Source: Folioceros fuciformis
Taxonomy: Eukaryota
Length of the DNA stretch: 33,302 bases
Direction: 5' to 3'
Assembly (NCBI GenBank): GCA_049999805.1
Contig: JBNGIO010006415.1
Span: forward strand, 128,529-161,830
Position numbers and translations under genes: made by a program. The notes beneath the pieces are model-generated. The model was not told the DNA's origin and did not search any database. It saw only the letters and a program-made list of their open reading frames with translations. Below are positions 30,541 to 33,302 of the stretch, piece by piece. Position 1 is the first letter of the stretch. Each line of letters starts with the position of its first letter.

Positions 30541-32995
30541 CTATTTTTGACGAGTCAACTCAAATCCATACGCTAAAATAAAAGTGTTCGCGATAAACAT
30601 TGTGTCAATATGTTGCCGAAGTCTTATGCTTGGCCGTCGCTTACGTCCTCGTCTAGAACCCATGGCAGGTTCTTCATTCGGCAATATCATCTCCTCTTGA
30701 TATCGGCCTTCAAATGCATCTGAACATTTCGTGACCCACCAATGCACTGTGATACTATGAGTGTCATTTTCCTCCTGCGTGTCCAGCACTTTGGCGATCC
30801 AAAAAGGCGTGTTGTCTACGTTTGTCTCGCATGGGACAGCCATCATGTGCCCTGCTTCAATCTCTGATACATCTCCACTGAAGCTGTCAACATCGTTCCA
30901 AACGTAAGCGTCTCTTCTATAAGGCCCCACATACAGATCTCTTCTAGGAACTTCTCGTATCCGTGGGTTTTCCAATACCATAGCATCTGGCACGAGTAAT
31001 GGGGTATTTAACAACTATGCCTCGTTGCGATTATACCATCGCCATGGCCAGTCAATGCTCTACACCCGAATTTATAATTTGAACGATGGCCTCTTGCTCG
31101 GCCCAAAATGAATCCCACCAGATGTCTTCGCCCAGACCTAAGTGCTGCCGTAATTTGAACTCTAATCTTGATCGAATCTGCGACAGATTATATCCTGGCA
31201 TATCGTCCGTAATAGTCTTTTGTTTCCTACTCCTCACCTGCAGACGCATCAGTGGAGCGGCTTTCATATTCCTCTCCGGAACTACTTTCAGGAGTTCTAT
31301 CCCTTCATCAGGCGACCAGTATTGATTAGTAGAATATTGTTTTCCTCTCATAACTGTAACAGGTCCACGATCTCCACAGCTCTCTTTCGTGATCTTAAAC
31401 TGGTGTTGAAACGATATATTATGCAACTGATTAATTGCTGCAACACTCTGATATCCTGCTTTCCCATAGGGTATAGGCCAAACAAACGTTTTGAAGTCCA
31501 GCACCTCCTTCACCTCATGAACGTTTGGCATGGGGGTATACGCGCTCTGCATAACTGCAATAAGCTTAGGTAAAGTCAAAGCTTCCTTCCGTCTAAGTGT
31601 CGTTGAAAACTTGGAAAACATCTGATCAACCTGGTCATGCATGTGCCCCACTAGTAGGAATCCGACTTTTATCTTCAAGAAAACCCGCATTTCCACTAAC
31701 ATATTCAAATAAGAAAAAAACAACGTGTTTTTGTTCTCGCGTGCCGTGTTGTCTAGCTGCAAATATAGTACTCCAAGTAGCAAGCCTTCGTACTTGTGAA
31801 TCACGCGCTGAATAATTGATATTGTTAAGTTCGCATCGTTCTGAATATTGCCGAACTCGATGAAGAGCTTTGGTGTCAAAGTCTTGTTGTATACCATACA
31901 CCCTACTACATGGACATCAATGAGGCCAACATCCGCCAAATCTTTGGGTACTCGTACGAAATGGGGCAACTGTGTCTTTTGTTGATCCATTCCATCCACT
32001 AATATTCCGATGTACTTTCCGGGGTCGCCATAACATTTGACCCGATGCTTGATACTCTTCTCGGGCTCTACTTTTAATCTATTTCGATGGAGCTTCAAGT
32101 CAGATTCAAAGCCCTCTACAAAAAATAGCAAAGACCTACACATGAGAATAAGGAAAAAGTTTGTGAACTGGTGGGTGTGCGCCGGTAGACCAGCGCACAC
32201 CCACCATAGAGCAGTTAGTCCCTTCATTTCGTGAGAAGAAGCGGAAGCGGTGTGCCGGTATACCAGCGCACACCCAGCAATGCGCAGTCACAAGTAATAC
32301 TGAGTGATGCGACATAGGGGAGTGCGCCGGTCTACCGGCGCACTCTCAACATCGAATGGGAAGAAAAAGTGCGCTGGTCAACCGGCGCACTTATCAGGGA
32401 AGGATGGTGCGAAGTGCGCCAGTTGACTGGCGCACTTCAAATGCCTACCTGAAACGTACCTACAAAAACACGCTCACATACCTTGTTTCTTCTTAACAGA
32501 CTCGGCTATGATGTTCCTTTTCAGGTAATCGTAGGTTGTACAGAGTGAAAACCTGTTGGTCTTCGGAATTCACACCTTGTAGAAATGCGAAGCCCACAAT
32601 TGACAGAAATAAGAGTAAGACAACACTATACTGTTCCGCTCGTTACATTTGCTGCTTGTACTCCATAAAATTTCCTCTTTTGTGTACGAGTCGGGAAGAT
32701 GGTACACTTCAATGTTTGGCATGTGTTCTGCAAGGAGGCAAAATAATTGATCCATCCAAACACATGCAACCATAGCGTGGTCTTGGGTGCGCTTTTCTGC
32801 ATGGACAGAGCCCACCCACATAATGTTATCCAAAGCTCTTTCTTTTGTTGTCTCGTACCTGTTCGCACCGATACAGAAAACTCGTCTGAACACGTCCCGA
32901 CAACAGCGTATCTTGGCAGATCCAATGAGAAAAGCCACCGCTATAGAGCGTCCATCCGAAGTACACTTGACATCAAACAGGGTCTGCAAAAACAT
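30541..32995 (-). pseudogene. Transposase pseudogene; exons >=32995-32482 and 32115-~30541, intron 32481-32116
   Basis: Donor AAG|GTATGT at 32482/32481 and acceptor TTTTGTAG at 32116 join in phase (GAG). There is an in-frame stop at 32570-32572 and a frameshift or stop near 31052. The C-terminal FWIAKV...VHWW domain lies in ORF 30541..31014. Confidence 0.8.
32169..32438. repeat. Array of five palindromes, core GTGCGCCGGT-NN-ACCGGCGCAC, in the transposase intron
   Basis: Copies at 32169-32206, 32250-32271, 32320-32345, 32367-32392 and 32411-32438. Confidence 0.92.
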
Positions 32996-33302
32996 TTCTT
33001 GCTCTGTCCTGCACAGGTTTAGAAATCAGTATCTCAAATCCCGAAAACCTGGTTTACCTAAGGATCTAAGACACTGCTTTGCACAACATTGTCTGCGGTA
33101 ATTTGCAGAAATGCGGATCTCAGAGCACTTTTCCTCAGGTACAGTGGAGATTTTTTTCTTCCGACTACATTAATGATCTCCAAGAACTTCAATCAAGGAT
33201 TCGGATGATGGTTTTAGATTGTATGTTTTTCGCGACGATGTGCCCGTCGTCCTGACAACGTCTACGGCAATGACATCCGCTCCTTCGCCTTCAGGTTGGA
33301 AG

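Larger units (their letters stand above)
29778..33302 (-). mobile_element. Decayed CMC/CACTA-like (DUF7869-type transposase) DNA transposon, continuing beyond the window end
   Basis: Candidate terminus CACTGG at 29778 abuts the interrupted copia RT. Transposase motifs AEHMPN..HLP, FCQLW..FYKV*IPK..FSLC, VDGMDQQKT.LPHF, YLQLDNTARENKN and GFLLVGHMHDQVDQMFS. Confidence 0.8.

Noticed and set aside
32169-32438. CRISPR array call
   Set aside because: Eukaryotic transposon intron, irregular spacer lengths, variable repeats and no cas genes.

Overview
Eukaryotic land-plant nuclear DNA, probably from a hornwort. This is inferred from the 'WW'-type PG box, the elongated L motifs in the PPR genes and the ~75-110 nt introns. 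The window holds: (i) three same-strand, intronless PLS-class PPR (organellar RNA-editing-type) genes, all ending at or just after a PG(Q)S/TWWTD box with no intact DYW deaminase; (ii) a degenerate ~180-240 bp tandem array starting where the third gene's DYW domain should be, whose units resemble the DYW 'DxSEEEK..LCGHSE' segment; (iii) a 10-exon cyanobacterial-type lipid-A-disaccharide-synthase-like glycosyltransferase gene; (iv) a 5-exon subgroup IVc bHLH gene (ILR3-like, C-terminal RPPVA); (v) decayed Ty3/gypsy and nested Ty1/copia elements; and (vi) a decayed CMC/CACTA-like DNA transposon whose transposase intron and 3' flank carry a recurrent ~22-38 bp palindrome. Two 100-N assembly gaps are present.
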